Below are positions 1 through 11,532 of a DNA stretch of 64,000 bases, in pieces. The position numbers and the translations under genes were made by a program. The stretch is from Geosiphon pyriformis uo1 (lineage: Eukaryota > Fungi > Glomeromycota): the NCBI GenBank assembly GCA_016748015.1, contig JAAOMT010000245.1, positions 19,941-83,940 of the forward strand, given 5' to 3'. The number at the start of each line of letters is the position of its first letter. Within the stretch, counting starts at the first letter, position 1. The notes below the pieces were generated by a model. The model saw only the letters and a list, made by a program, of their open reading frames with translations, had not been told where the DNA came from and did no database searches.

Positions 1-3000
1 AGGGTTCATTGTTTGTTGTTTTGATGCTGTTAATTCAAATGGGTGTTGGTTTTGTTTTCTAATCTTGCCTCATTCTTGAGAGACAATCAACATTGGTGTG
101 GAGTTTTCCTGGTTTGTGGTGTACAATGTATCGGTAATTAGCTAAAAATCCTGTCCATCGGGTTTGTTTTGTGTTTAGCTGAGTGTTTTTGTTTTGAAGC
201 CATTTAAGTCCAATATTATCAGTGATAATATCGAATTCCTTGGGTCTGAGGTAAAGATTGAAGTGATATAAGGCCCAGATTACTGCTGCGGTTTCTAATT
301 CTGTTGTGGGGTAGTTCTTTTCAGCTGGCTTTAATGTTCTACTAGCGTAAGCAATTACTCGCTCATTTCTATTGTCATTTAACTGTAATAGAATGGCACC
401 AAAGGCAGTATAAGAGGTGTCAGTTGCTAACCGGAATCAGTTGCTGAAATCTGGGTAGGCGAGGATTGGTGCTGTTGTGAGTTTTTCCTTAAGTATCTCG
501 AAGACATTTTGGTGTTTTTCTGTCCATTTGTATTCAACATTTTTAGTAATGAGCTGGTTGAGGGGTTTTGTAATTTCTGAGAATCTTTTGATGAATTTTC
601 GGTAATAGGATGCTAATCCAATAAATCCTTTTAATTCTGTGGTATTTCGTGGAGTCTTGAAGTTTTTGACAGTACTAATTTTTCCGGGGTCTGGTTTAAT
701 TCCATCTTTGTTAACAATGTGACCAAGAAAAGCTAAACTTGTTTTTCCAAAGTAGCATTTTTCAATGTTCAGTTTCAATCCTGCTTTCTGTAATCATTGA
801 AAAACTTCTCACAGGTGAATTAAATGTAGCTCGAAAGATGGTGAATAAACATCAGTGTCATCAAGATAAACTACTACTGATTTCCAAAGGAGGCCTTTGT
901 AAACAACATCCATGAGTCTTTGGAATGTTGCTGGTGCATTGCATAATCCAAAAGGCATTACATTGAACTCGTAATTTCCTCCTTGAGTGGTGAATGCTGT
1001 TTTGGGGCGGTCTTTGGGATCCATAGCAACTTGCCAGTATCCACTCTCTAAATCTAATGTTGAAAAGTATTTGGACTTTCCAAGGGCATCCAACATGTCA
1101 TCAATTTGGGGAAGAGGGTAGGCATCTCCAATGGTGACACTGTTGAGTTGTCGGTAATCAACACAAAATCGTATCTTTCCATTTTTCTTTTTAACTAGGA
1201 CCACAGGTGAGGCCCATGGGCTCATTGATGGTTGAATAAGCCCATTGTTAAGCATCCATTATACTTCTTCTTGGATAAATTGGTGACTTTCTGGGGCAAC
1301 TCGGTAGACTTGTTGTCGTCTTGGTTTGGCATCTCCTGTATAGATTTGGTGTTGAACCAAATCAGTTCTTCCTAAGTCATTGTTGTTTTTGGCGAAAATG
1401 TCAGCAAATTCTGCAATTAACTCTTTGAGCTGGGTCTGTTGTTGTGGTTCAAGTTGTCCCATGTTGATTCGAGATAGTTTTTCCATGACAACATAGTAGT
1501 TTTCGAAGCTGGGGTTTGGGTTGGTTTTTAGTATTGAATGTCCAATAATTTCAGAGAAATCGGGGACTATTTGGAGTAATTCTTGTTGAAATATATTACT
1601 GTAAATAACTCCAATTTCTAACTTATTTAATAAAATTATGAGGTAATTATTGGGGTTGTAAAAAGTAACTCGAACTTTCTTTGTTCCTTCTGGAATATAA
1701 ATGTTTGGGATCGAAATATTATGTTTCAAGCAAACTTGTTCATTGGACTCAAAAATTTGTTGTGTGGTTGTTGGCTTTGGGCAGGTGTAGATTTCCAGAT
1801 GTTCTCCAAAAGGTGAGATAGTAATTGGTTGTGGGAGTCTGAGAATCTGGTGGGATTTGTTCTGAGTGTTAAGAGTTATATTAACTGGAACTGTGAACCA
1901 TTCAGTTGAACCAAAACCTTGGGTTCCTCTATCGTTTTTTCCTATTTGTTCTCTTTGATTGACTAGTTGCAAACCCGAAATGTTGATTAAGGATAGGTAA
2001 ATAGCTTGGGCAATTTTTTCAGCATGTTCAATCTTGAATGGTTTGTTAGTTTCATTTTGAAGCATTACTGTTATGTCTCCCATATATCCAGCATCAATTA
2101 TTCCTCCTCTGACATTGATTCCTTTGCTTGCTAGAGAGGACCAAGAGGCGATTTGAACCATTGCTCTTGGTGGGATTTTGAGTGCAATTTTGAGGTTGAT
2201 TTTTGTGAGAGACTTGGGTTTGAGAACAAAAGTATCCTTGCCTGGATATCTTAAGTCATATCTAGCATCAATTTCGTGTGTTTTTTCAGGTTTTATTTCT
2301 TGTCCGTTGTTGTTGAAGTATTTAAGTTGTAAGGCAGGCTGATTTTTGATAAGGTAGATGGGTGTTGTTTCAATTTCTTCCATTTCTTTAGGTTCTCCAA
2401 ATTCAATTTCATTCTTATTATTTTCGCTGGGCAAGGGAATATTAAGCGCATAGTATTCAGGACACCATTGTTCATTACAAGGCATAATGCATTCTTCACA
2501 TAGCCTAATGTTCATTTGTTCTAATCATTGAATTTGAGCTTCTTGGGTCAAGTAAGTATGGCTTGCAATTTGGTGGTAGACTTCTACTTCATCTTCATAA
2601 TCGAATCCAGCTAATTCCATAGTGTATTCAATGTATTCTGCTTCCTTCATTTGACAAACATCTTTTTTGGTAGCTCCATTAATTAATGCCATTGCTAAGT
2701 CAAAAATCATCTCGGCATCATGAGAGTAGTGATAAAGATTGTTGAGAGCACTGTTGTATGCTGCATTAAAGAGTGTTCCTCTTTTTATTTTTTCTAAAAT
2801 TGATAAAGCATATTGGCAGGTCTAATTGCAGATGCCTCCTCTCATTGCTACATCAATCCAATTGCATTCTTCCGGTAGCATATCTCCACAAGTCAAACAA
2901 GGGGTGTTGTCTCATTTTCCGCTCTTTTTTATTAGATGGCCCCTTTGCTCTCTGTGGCAAGCCTTGTAGTAATAACAAGTATAATTCTCATATTCTTCTT

Positions 3001-5662
3001 CAGGTGAAATGCAGGCTCCCATTGACGATAGTTTCTTGTGGCAGTCTTTACATTTAAGAGGAATATAGGGGTGTTGTTTCCTTGGTTCGGGTTTTGAGTA
3101 AGGTATATTCCATCCAGAGGTTTTGGGTTTAGTGTGTGTGGTAAAATGTTCTTGTTCTGTTTCATCGGCCCAGTTGGACATTGATCCAAGAGCCATGAAT
3201 GTTTCAATTATTGGTTTCTTTTCTTCTGGTTCAAATTCAAAAGCCGGGGCTTTTTCAGAGCGTTTGTTGAATGTACCACACATGGCAGGTACCCGGACAT
3301 GTTGTCCTTGGTAAAAGATTGTTAACTCTTGTGTTTCCCAATTCAGATTAGCATTGGCTTTTTGAAGCCAATTATTTCCGACAAGAGCTTGGTACTGGGA
3401 TGCGTTCATTACAAGAACTTTGACTGGAATGGTAATTCCATCAAGAGTAAACGGAAAATTGTCAATTTCTTCTACTGGTGTCTTTTTCATGCCATCAGCA
3501 GTGACAATTACTGTTTGAGCTGGTTGGTCGACATTTTTTTTCAACTGTTGCATTAACTGGTAGGTGATAATACTTCCGGCAGATCCACTGTCTAGGATCA
3601 AGCAAATTGGCTTTCCTTCTACTTCAGCTTCTGTGTACATTGCAGTGATGGCTTTTTGCTCATTAGCTGCTGTATTGCTAAGCAAGAATGGTGATTCATT
3701 TGCTTCAAATTTGAAAGGAAAGATATCAGAGAGATTGGCATTTTCAGCAATTCGGGCTGGTGGAATAGTGATGTGATTATGAGAAGAGTTTTGTTGTTGT
3801 GCTGCAGCTCTACCTTCCAGGAGTACAATATGATAAAAATCCTGTTCTTCTGGCATTGTTAAATAACTGGATTGGGTGTGGTAGTGGTTGGGTCTTGGTT
3901 GAGTGAAATTTCAGGAAACCAATTGGTTGTTTGGACTGATTCTATTGTTGTTTACTTGGTATTGGTTTTGTAGTGGGAATTGATTTTGTGTAATCAGTCT
4001 TCAAGCAGGTACTTGATAATGTTGTGTGGGTGGTTGTTAGTATTGCTGTTGGATTGGTTGTGGAGCGGACTGATAATAGTTATTTTGGTACTGGGATTTT
4101 GGTGGATAGTAAGCTGGTGGTGATGGTTGATAATAAGATTGTGGTGGAGAGTAACATTGATTACCCCTGTTTTGTTGGTCTCGCTGTAGCTTTCTGCAAT
4201 CTCTTTTCCAGTGGCCAGAGATTCCACAGTAATGGCAATTCTGGGGCTGGTTATTGGAAAGTGGTATAAAGTTATTTTGATTTCGTCTTTGGGGTGGTTG
4301 ATATCTTTGGGGTTGTTGTTGTTGTTGATTGGTAAAATAGTTTTCGACCTTCTTTGTGAGTTGGTCAATTTTTTCCTCAGCTGCTGAGCTGGTTTCTCCA
4401 ATTGCCAAATTTACAAGTTTTGTATGGTTGGCCTCTTCCATGGCCATTTCATATCTTTTCGCATGCTGTATGGCAGAGTTTAAATCTTCTGGCACATGTG
4501 GACAAATCTTTTTAATTAGTTTATCTTTTAGACCAGCGATAAATTGATCCAAGATTTGAGCATTGGAATAATAATCATTTGTCTCGAGTTGGCAAATCCA
4601 TCTGAGAAGTTTGTTGAATTTCCCAATATAAGTCATAATGGATTCAGAGGGTTCTTGTTTGGTATTTTGAAAACAATTGCGAAGAGTGATGGAGGTATTA
4701 TTGTCGGTGAACTGTTTAAGGAAGGCTGCTTTGAAAGTGTTCCAATCATTGAATAAGGCGGCCAGGTTTTCAAACCATTCTCCTGCTGTTCCTTTAAGAA
4801 AGTATGGAATTGTTCTTAACATTCTGGTGGCATTCCACCCATTTGCATCTTCGGCTTTAGTAACTTGGTCGAGCCATTCTTGAGGACTGGTCTCGATGTC
4901 TTCTCCATTAAAGTCAGGGATTTTTGCGATGTATGTTGTCATTTCGTCTTCTTCATTTTCACTGTCTATTGATTCTTCTTCAGTTATTTCAGAGTTGTTT
5001 TCTTTGTTTGCTGCTGTCTCAGAGTGTTCACTTTGATTTTCAGCTAAAAAATCAAGAAGATTGGAACTAGTTTGAAGGGGTTCTTGTTGTCTGGTGGAAC
5101 TTTTGAGTGATATAAAATCTTCTGGTCTTGCAAATCGATTCAAGGGTAAATTAGGTGTTTGTGCTTGTGCAAATGAAGCTGGAAAAGGTGTGATAGTAAG
5201 TGGAAGTTTTGAGCTGGTTCCTTGTTCAGGTGTTTGTAAATGTTTGAATGATATTTTGGGAGTATTGGGTGTTGTGTGAACAGGTCAGTTATCTTTTTGT
5301 CTTTTGTTGCTACTGGTTTCAGGTTCAGATTCGAGTTCAAAGGCAAATTGTGTATTTGCAGGATATTTTTCTTCACAGAACCGAATGATATTATAATCGA
5401 GTTCCTTAAAATAAGTAGCGCAAGCTTCAGCACTAATGTTTTCTGATTCAGTATTGGAATAGTGTATGTTCTTAAGAAGATCTCTTTTAACTGTTGTAAT
5501 GTTGTAGTTCCCAAAGAGGTAGTCGTTAATTCAATTTTCGATGTATTGAAAAAGTGTTTTCTTGAAAGCTATGATTCCATCGCGTATTTCAAATCGTTGT
5601 TTGCAGTGTGTATAAATCGATTGATAGTACTCTAAAGTTGTAATGTCTGAGGCAGTCGCCAC
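1..5662 (-). pseudogene. G1 gag-pol polyprotein, single reading frame broken by in-frame stops
   Basis: ORFs 4037..5143, 2912..3856, 2525..2710, 1259..2515, 809..1255 and 437..778 share one frame (gaps of 180, 201, 9, 3 and 30 nt). The frame extends upstream to GTG at 5662. RNase H (LATDTS...YASR...ELE) lies at ~80-436. Confidence 0.9.
1900..2290 (-). pseudogene. dUTPase domain of G1, between protease and RT
   Basis: Trimeric dUTPase motifs: DARYDL (I), ASWSSLA (II, normally RSS), GGIIDAGYMG (III), KIAQAI (IV), RGTQGFGST (V). Confidence 0.93.
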
Positions 5663-5692
5663 TTTAAATTTGTTGCTGTGTTATTTCCATGG

Positions 5693-5704
5693 GAGAGCAC
5701 CAAA
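5693..5704 (-). promoter_or_regulatory. Primer-binding site TTTGGTGCTCTC (tRNA 3'-end complementary)
   Basis: Directly follows LTR end GTAACA. TGG is complementary to tRNA CCA. The same motif follows the 5' LTRs at 57365-57374 and 59898-59909. Confidence 0.85.
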
Positions 5705-6685
5705 TGTTACTGGAGGTTTTTGGTCTCTTTTCTGTAATGTTGTTGATACTTATTTGCTGTGAATTCATGTTTTCTGGATGTGGTTGAACCTCTAGTAACT
5801 GAATTTATCTTCAAATTATTTCCTATAATTTGAACTTGTTGGGCTTATGAGTAGAATGGCCAATTCCGTGCCAGTTGCTTTATGTAGTTACGTTGTAGTA
5901 AATGTCAACTCTTTCCCAGGAATTGCTTGTCTGGAAGCTCACTAAAAATGTGTAGTTACTTTGCTGTGAAAGTTAACTCTTCTACAGGAATCTCATCTGT
6001 AGGTTACCCTAATGATTATAATAAGAAAATAAAAGAAAATAAAAGAAATATAAAAGAAATCGAATTTTGTCAAGAGAAATGTTTTTGATCCAGGCCTGGA
6101 GTCACTAACAGTTTTACTGAAATTGGTAGCTAATCAATTTCAAAACGTTAGTTGGGTTTTGGGAATTTTCCAAAGGCAATAATTAAAGAATTTGGTTTTT
6201 CAATTATTTGATATTTATTTGTTTTTGTGTGTATAAGAACGGTTTTTAAGAGATAAATCTAAAGTAAAATACATTTTCTCGAAAAGAGAAGCTCTTCTTT
6301 TATACAACTTGTCGTAATACTATTCTATGAACTTGAATTTTGCTATTTTCTACAATTTCGCTGAACTAAAGGTGCATTTTGGCGAACTACAAGTTATTTC
6401 TGCGAACTATTAGATATTTCGGTGAACTATCACTTATTTCGGCAAATTTCTATAAATTTCAGCGAACTTTTGAATGTTACATAGTTCGGGGTATTGCATG
6501 ATAGATCATCGCAATTAGGTTACATTTGTGTTGTGTACAATTTGGGTTATTAATTAAATGATAATTTCGGACATTCTTTGCTAATGTAATAAGTGATAAT
6601 TTGAAATGATAATATGTGTTAATTAATGATAGGAATTATAAGATAGTTTCATGCTAAATGATATCTCTAATTTCGTCTGGTAACA
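5705..6685 (-). repeat. 5' LTR of G1 (~981 bp)
   Basis: TGTTAC/GTAACA inverted termini; PBS adjacent; unrelated LTR sequence resumes at 6686. Confidence 0.85.
6357..6470. repeat. Six ~20-bp tandem units with core TTCGGCGAA in the U3 region of the G1 LTR
   Basis: Cores at 6357, 6378, 6398, 6418, 6438 and 6458. Confidence 0.85.
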
Positions 6686-7004
6686 ATGTCACAGATAGCC
6701 TAGTAAAAGACCCAGAAATAAGGGTAGAATTTTATATATTATCGGATAGCTTACTAGAAGGGCACAACTACCAGAATAAATCTGGTCTCCACACTGAGAA
6801 AGAAATTGAATGGAATTGTGATTCCGAAGACTATTACAATTACAATTGAATCTCTGTTTATTATACAAAGAACTCAATCCCAAAATCTTTAGATATCAAA
6901 ATCTTTAAATTACCAATACCAACATTAACAGAAACCAATAGCTTTTGAGCACCAAGTTATGGATTTGTTATTTATTTCCACACCAGAAATAATCACCTGT
7001 AATA
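6686..7004 (+). repeat. 3' part of an LTR related to the G2/G3 LTRs (solo or 3' LTR), interrupted by G1 and itself inserted in LINE A
   Basis: Reverse-complement similarity to 39863-40150 and 57375-57660. Ends CTGTAATA (decayed GTAACA) with no PBS after it; LINE endonuclease sequence follows. Confidence 0.85.
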
Positions 7005-10000
7005 TCAGCTTATCTTCATCAAGTTGCTTTTTAGAAATAAGCTTTCTGTTTCAATTCTGGAACTTTATGCTGGAGCTTCTCTTGCAGTCTGACTTTTTCA
7101 AGCTGATAAAATCAATTTACTTATAGCTAATGCTGTAAATGAGTCTTCTTTTGTTATTCTTAGTAGTAATTTCAATGAAAATGGTTCTCATAAGTGTGCC
7201 AGTTATAAAAAATGCATTGGTTTGGGGTTGGTCAATTCTTTGGTTGGGAGTTTGGTGGTGTGTACATCTATTTGAACAAATTCTCAGGACATTGCAAAGA
7301 CAATTGATTACATGTTTGTTTCTTCAAATTTGGTCAGTGCATTGGTGCATTGTAATATTTTGGATGTTAGTAGACATTTCAACACTGATTACTATGCAGT
7401 TTTTGTGTTAGTGAGTTTGGATGGATTACTGGATACAAAGTTGAATTTTCTTTGTAAACAAACTAATAGGAATTGTTAGAAGTTTGATATCAAGAGTGCT
7501 GATAAAGTTAAGTAGTGTGAATTTAAAGTGTCAATAGTAGCAAATGCTGCATTGTTTTCTAATGAGTTTGCTTCTTTTGTAATATTTTTTGATATGGATT
7601 CTATGTGGAATGTTGTTCATAAAGTAATGGTTTTTTTGGCTAATAAAACATTTAAGAAGAAATAATTTAAAGGCTTTAACAGTATTTTTACTAAGTGTTC
7701 TTCAAGGTTTCATAAATTAGAATTGCTGGTTTTAAAAATTGTTAAGGCTTCTCTTGAAAAGAACTCTAGTGGACTCATATCTTTGATAGACCATTGGATT
7801 TCTTTGGATCCTGATAAAGCTCTGGCTGTACAGATTTTTTTAGACTCTGGTGCGAATTTTGATTGTGTTAGATCTGCTTTTTTTGGTATACAAAAGTTTT
7901 ATCGTGCTTCCAAACTTGCTGAATCTCTAAGAGTTCAAGAGTCAAATATTAGGTCTGTTATTGATAGACATATGGAGAGTTTTGCTTCTAATAAAGGTCA
8001 TACAATTAAGAGTATTCTGAAATGTTCATTTCATAAGATGGAATTAGACCATCTGGTTGTAGGTGATAAATTGATTCTGGAATCTGATTTGGTTAAGACT
8101 AAGATGGATATGATTATGGAAGGGTGGACTAAGAGACATGGAGTGGTTTCTGACATCTCTAGCAAATGGTCTTGTCAATACCAGCCTTTGGAGTATGTTT
8201 TTGATGATACATTCTCAAATGTGATGAGTTGTTTAGTGTAATTTTTGATCTGCCTAATGACAAAGCTGCTGGTCTTTCTGGTATTTCTAACAAATTCTGA
8301 AAACACTGTGACAAATTTGTTTTGGACATGCTTTTGAGGCTTTTGAATATTTGTGTGGCTTGCAAATTGGTGCCCAGTTCTTGGAGAGAGACTTGGATCT
8401 TGATGATTCCTAAACTATATAAATGAAAAGGAGTACTCACAAATACCCATCCTATTGCCCTGATTGAGATGACCAGAAAGATTTTCTCCAAGATTCTGTC
8501 TGATAGAATTTCTCTGGCATGTAGCACCTTTAATGTTCTTCATGGTGACAATTTTTCAGTTCTGAAAGATATAACTACACAATTACCCATTTTTGCAGTT
8601 GGTTCGGTAATAGAGGATGCTTTGGAAAAAAACTGTGAACTATGGCTGGTTTTGCAAAACATGTGAAAAGCATACAATTCTGTTAGTTGGGAACATCTAA
8701 AAAATAGTTTGATTAGAATCAAAATGTGTGACAAGTTCATACATTTTTTTGGTAGTATTCATTGCAATTGTGTTAACAGAGTTATGACTGATTTTGGCTT
8801 AACTGATGGTTATTATGTTCATAATGGTCTGGATCAGGGAGAAGTCTTTTTGCCACTTCTTTGGCACATATTCTATGATCCCCTTCTTTGTGAAGTCAAA
8901 AGACAAAAGAGTGTATGTGAGTACAGATTGAACTCCAATTTTATTTTAAAAAATGGTCATCCAAAATCAAGTGCTGGGTTGTTTTCTTTCTTTGCTGCTG
9001 GGACTTTTGTTGATGATATAATTTGAATTGACAGTAGTTAGAATACTACTTAGCATATTCTCAATATTGCCAGTGAATTTTTCCAGATCAATAATATATA
9101 TATTAATATTAACAAGATGGTAGCCATCCCTATTAATTGCAGAGTTGTTGATCCTTCTTTGTCTATTAGTGGCTTACCTATTGCTATTCCCAAGAAAGGA
9201 GAATCACATCATTATTTGGGTATTTTTCTGTCAACTAATGGTCTCTTAAAGCCTAGTCTGGCCAAAGTCCAATCTGATATTCAGTTTTTTTCTAACCTTG
9301 TGCTGAGAAAGACCATCTCGAATAAGCAATTTTTGTACCTGGTTTTGGCAGTTCTCCTTTTTATTGTTAGCTACAGAACTCAGTTCAGTTTTGTTCCTAT
9401 TAGCATGTGTAACAAATGGGATGCTCTGATTCGAAAAGACCTAAAGTTGAAATCTGGTCTTCTTCTTGACTTTTCAAGTGATATAATCTATTACTCTTTC
9501 TTTTATGGTTTAAAAACTTTTGAGCAGATATAGTCTGAGAGTAAAATAGCTTTGCTGGTAAATTTTGCAAATTCTGATAAGATTTTAGGTTATTTGTTCC
9601 TCCATAGGTCTCATGACTTACAGGTTTCATGTTGGCATCCCATTCACCCCTTAAGCTTCTTGGCTTGTATTTGCATCAGTTCTTTCAATAATTTTTTAGC
9701 AGATATGGTTCATATTTTGTCAAAATACAATTTGTCTCTAAGTGGCTTTTTAAGTGATCCTTTTTGCCATTAAGATGGAGTTCTCATGTTAGTGGCTCTT
9801 GGTGAATCTGTGTTCTGTGCATGTCTCTTTTCTTTTCACCAATATGGCATTGCCTTTGTGGATCAGCTTTGTGATTATCATGGTGAAATTTTTGACTGGA
9901 AAACTTTTAAATGCTGGAAGAAGTTGGATCTTCATGGTCCAGTTCCCAATTGGTTCAGTCTTTCTGTCGCTTTCCTCAACAATGTGACTTTTCTTTCTGT

Positions 10001-11532
10001 TTGTTCTTCTTTTTTTGAAGGTGTTGGAGGTTCTTTGAGCATTTTTAAGTCTCATAAGTTTGATTTAGTATGTAATTGGTTGTTTTGTATTAGTGCTAAT
10101 AGTCTGTCTGTCTATACAGATAGTTCACTGAAGGATTTGGGCACTATAAGCAGGAAGGCTGGTGCTGCTGTTTTTTTTGAAGACATTGGTCTGGATCTGG
10201 AAGTAAAAGTTTCTGGTTTGTTGTTCTTTACGTTGACAGAGCTGTAGACTATAGCTTTAACATTAAAGTGTGTTTCTCTTTCTAGCTTAGTGTGCTTATA
10301 TTCTGATAGTCAGACTGCTCTGGATGCATGCAAGTCGGAATTGCACCAGGTTTGTTCAGACTTTCATAATTGGTACTGGGTGGAGCATCAGCATGTAGTG
10401 GACATTATTCATAGCAGGAATTTGAGAGTGGAGTGGCTTAAGGTAAAAAATCACTCAGGTACCATGGAGAATGATCGTGCTGATGTTCTTACTGCTAATG
10501 CTTCTCTCTCTGATTGGTTCCTTTCTTTTCATTTAAAAGAACATTGCCTTGTTGCTGAAGATGATTTCATTTTTGGTAATTCTAGACATTTCATTCATGA
10601 TATTTTTAGATCTGTTCATTGGGTGCATTGGGAAGTTGGTTCTGGTTCTAAATTTTTAATAAAAGATTTACTATTAGATGTTGATTGACTAAGCTTCTCT
10701 TTGGTATAGCATCTTGATTTGTACATAACTACGGGTTTCACAAGCAAACTTTTTGCCAGCTTGCATACATATTTTATAAAGACCTTACACTATCAGCTTC
10801 TTGTTGCTGTTTGAAAGCGCCTCTATTCCAGATACTACCCTAGTGTATTGTACTTATTTTGCAGTAATGTAAAAGTTTCAAATCACGTTTTTTCTTGTAA
10901 AATTGACATTTCCACCCATTATCAATTGTTAAATACCCATGCAGCTTCTTGGGAGCTGATTTCTGGTCTTTCTTAATTTTTTTTTTGTGTGTCTCAGCTT
11001 TTGTCAACCTGTGCTTTGGATGTTTCTGTTTTTACAGCTCTTTGTAAAAGTTTTATTTTTAAGAATTGGTTCCAAGAGGCTGTGTCCATCTTTTATGATC
11101 TCAAAGTTGTGAGTCAGAAGATTATAAGTTTTGTGTGTACTCTTAGTGTCAACTTCAGAGACAGTATATGGTTAGTTTATGCTAAACATCGTGTCTTTAT
11201 GGAGAAGAATGGACTAATACCACTTGATGATTCAATTCCTATTTTGATTTCTGGGTTGTTGTTGAGGCTATTGGCTGGTGTCATTGGGTTGTTTGGCATT
11301 AATGAAGCCTTTGGTGTTCACTTTGGTTTTTATAGATCTTGTTTATTTTTTTCAGGTGTTGGTAATATTGTTTCAGTCCATATAGTTGCATAGTATTGTT
11401 CTGATCAGTCTAAATGACTGGTTACATATAGAAAGAGCATGATTCACACCTAGTTTGGATTATTTAACTGATGTATTATATTAGATGGCATTTGAATCTC
11501 ACTCATTAAGCATTAATAATAATAATAAAAAA
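7005..11532 (+). mobile_element. LINE A: non-LTR retrotransposon ORF2 (APE endonuclease part, RT, RNase H, CCHC) and 3' UTR; decayed
   Basis: KLLFRNKLSVSIL, TIDYMFVS, GLDQGEVFLPLLW, AGTFVDD, VYTDSSL/YSDSQ/KVKNHSG..ENDRAD. ORF2 stop at 11393; (TAA)n tail 11514-11528. Confidence 0.92.

Larger units (their letters stand above)
1..6685 (-). mobile_element. Ty3/Gypsy LTR retrotransposon (element G1), 5' portion; integrase and 3' LTR lie left of the window
   Basis: 5' LTR 5705-6685 (TGTTAC...GTAACA), PBS, then gag (CHYCGISGHWKRDC), protease (LILDSGSAG), dUTPase, RT (YLDD) and RNase H in Gypsy order. Confidence 0.95.

Noticed and set aside
6357-6470. CRISPR-like repeat/spacer array
   Set aside because: The 20-bp period is too short, the array lies within a eukaryotic LTR, and there are no cas genes.
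11395-11450. Hammerhead ribozyme in the LINE 3' UTR (CTGA...GAAA)
   Set aside because: The CUGANGA core is not matched and the three required stems cannot be built.
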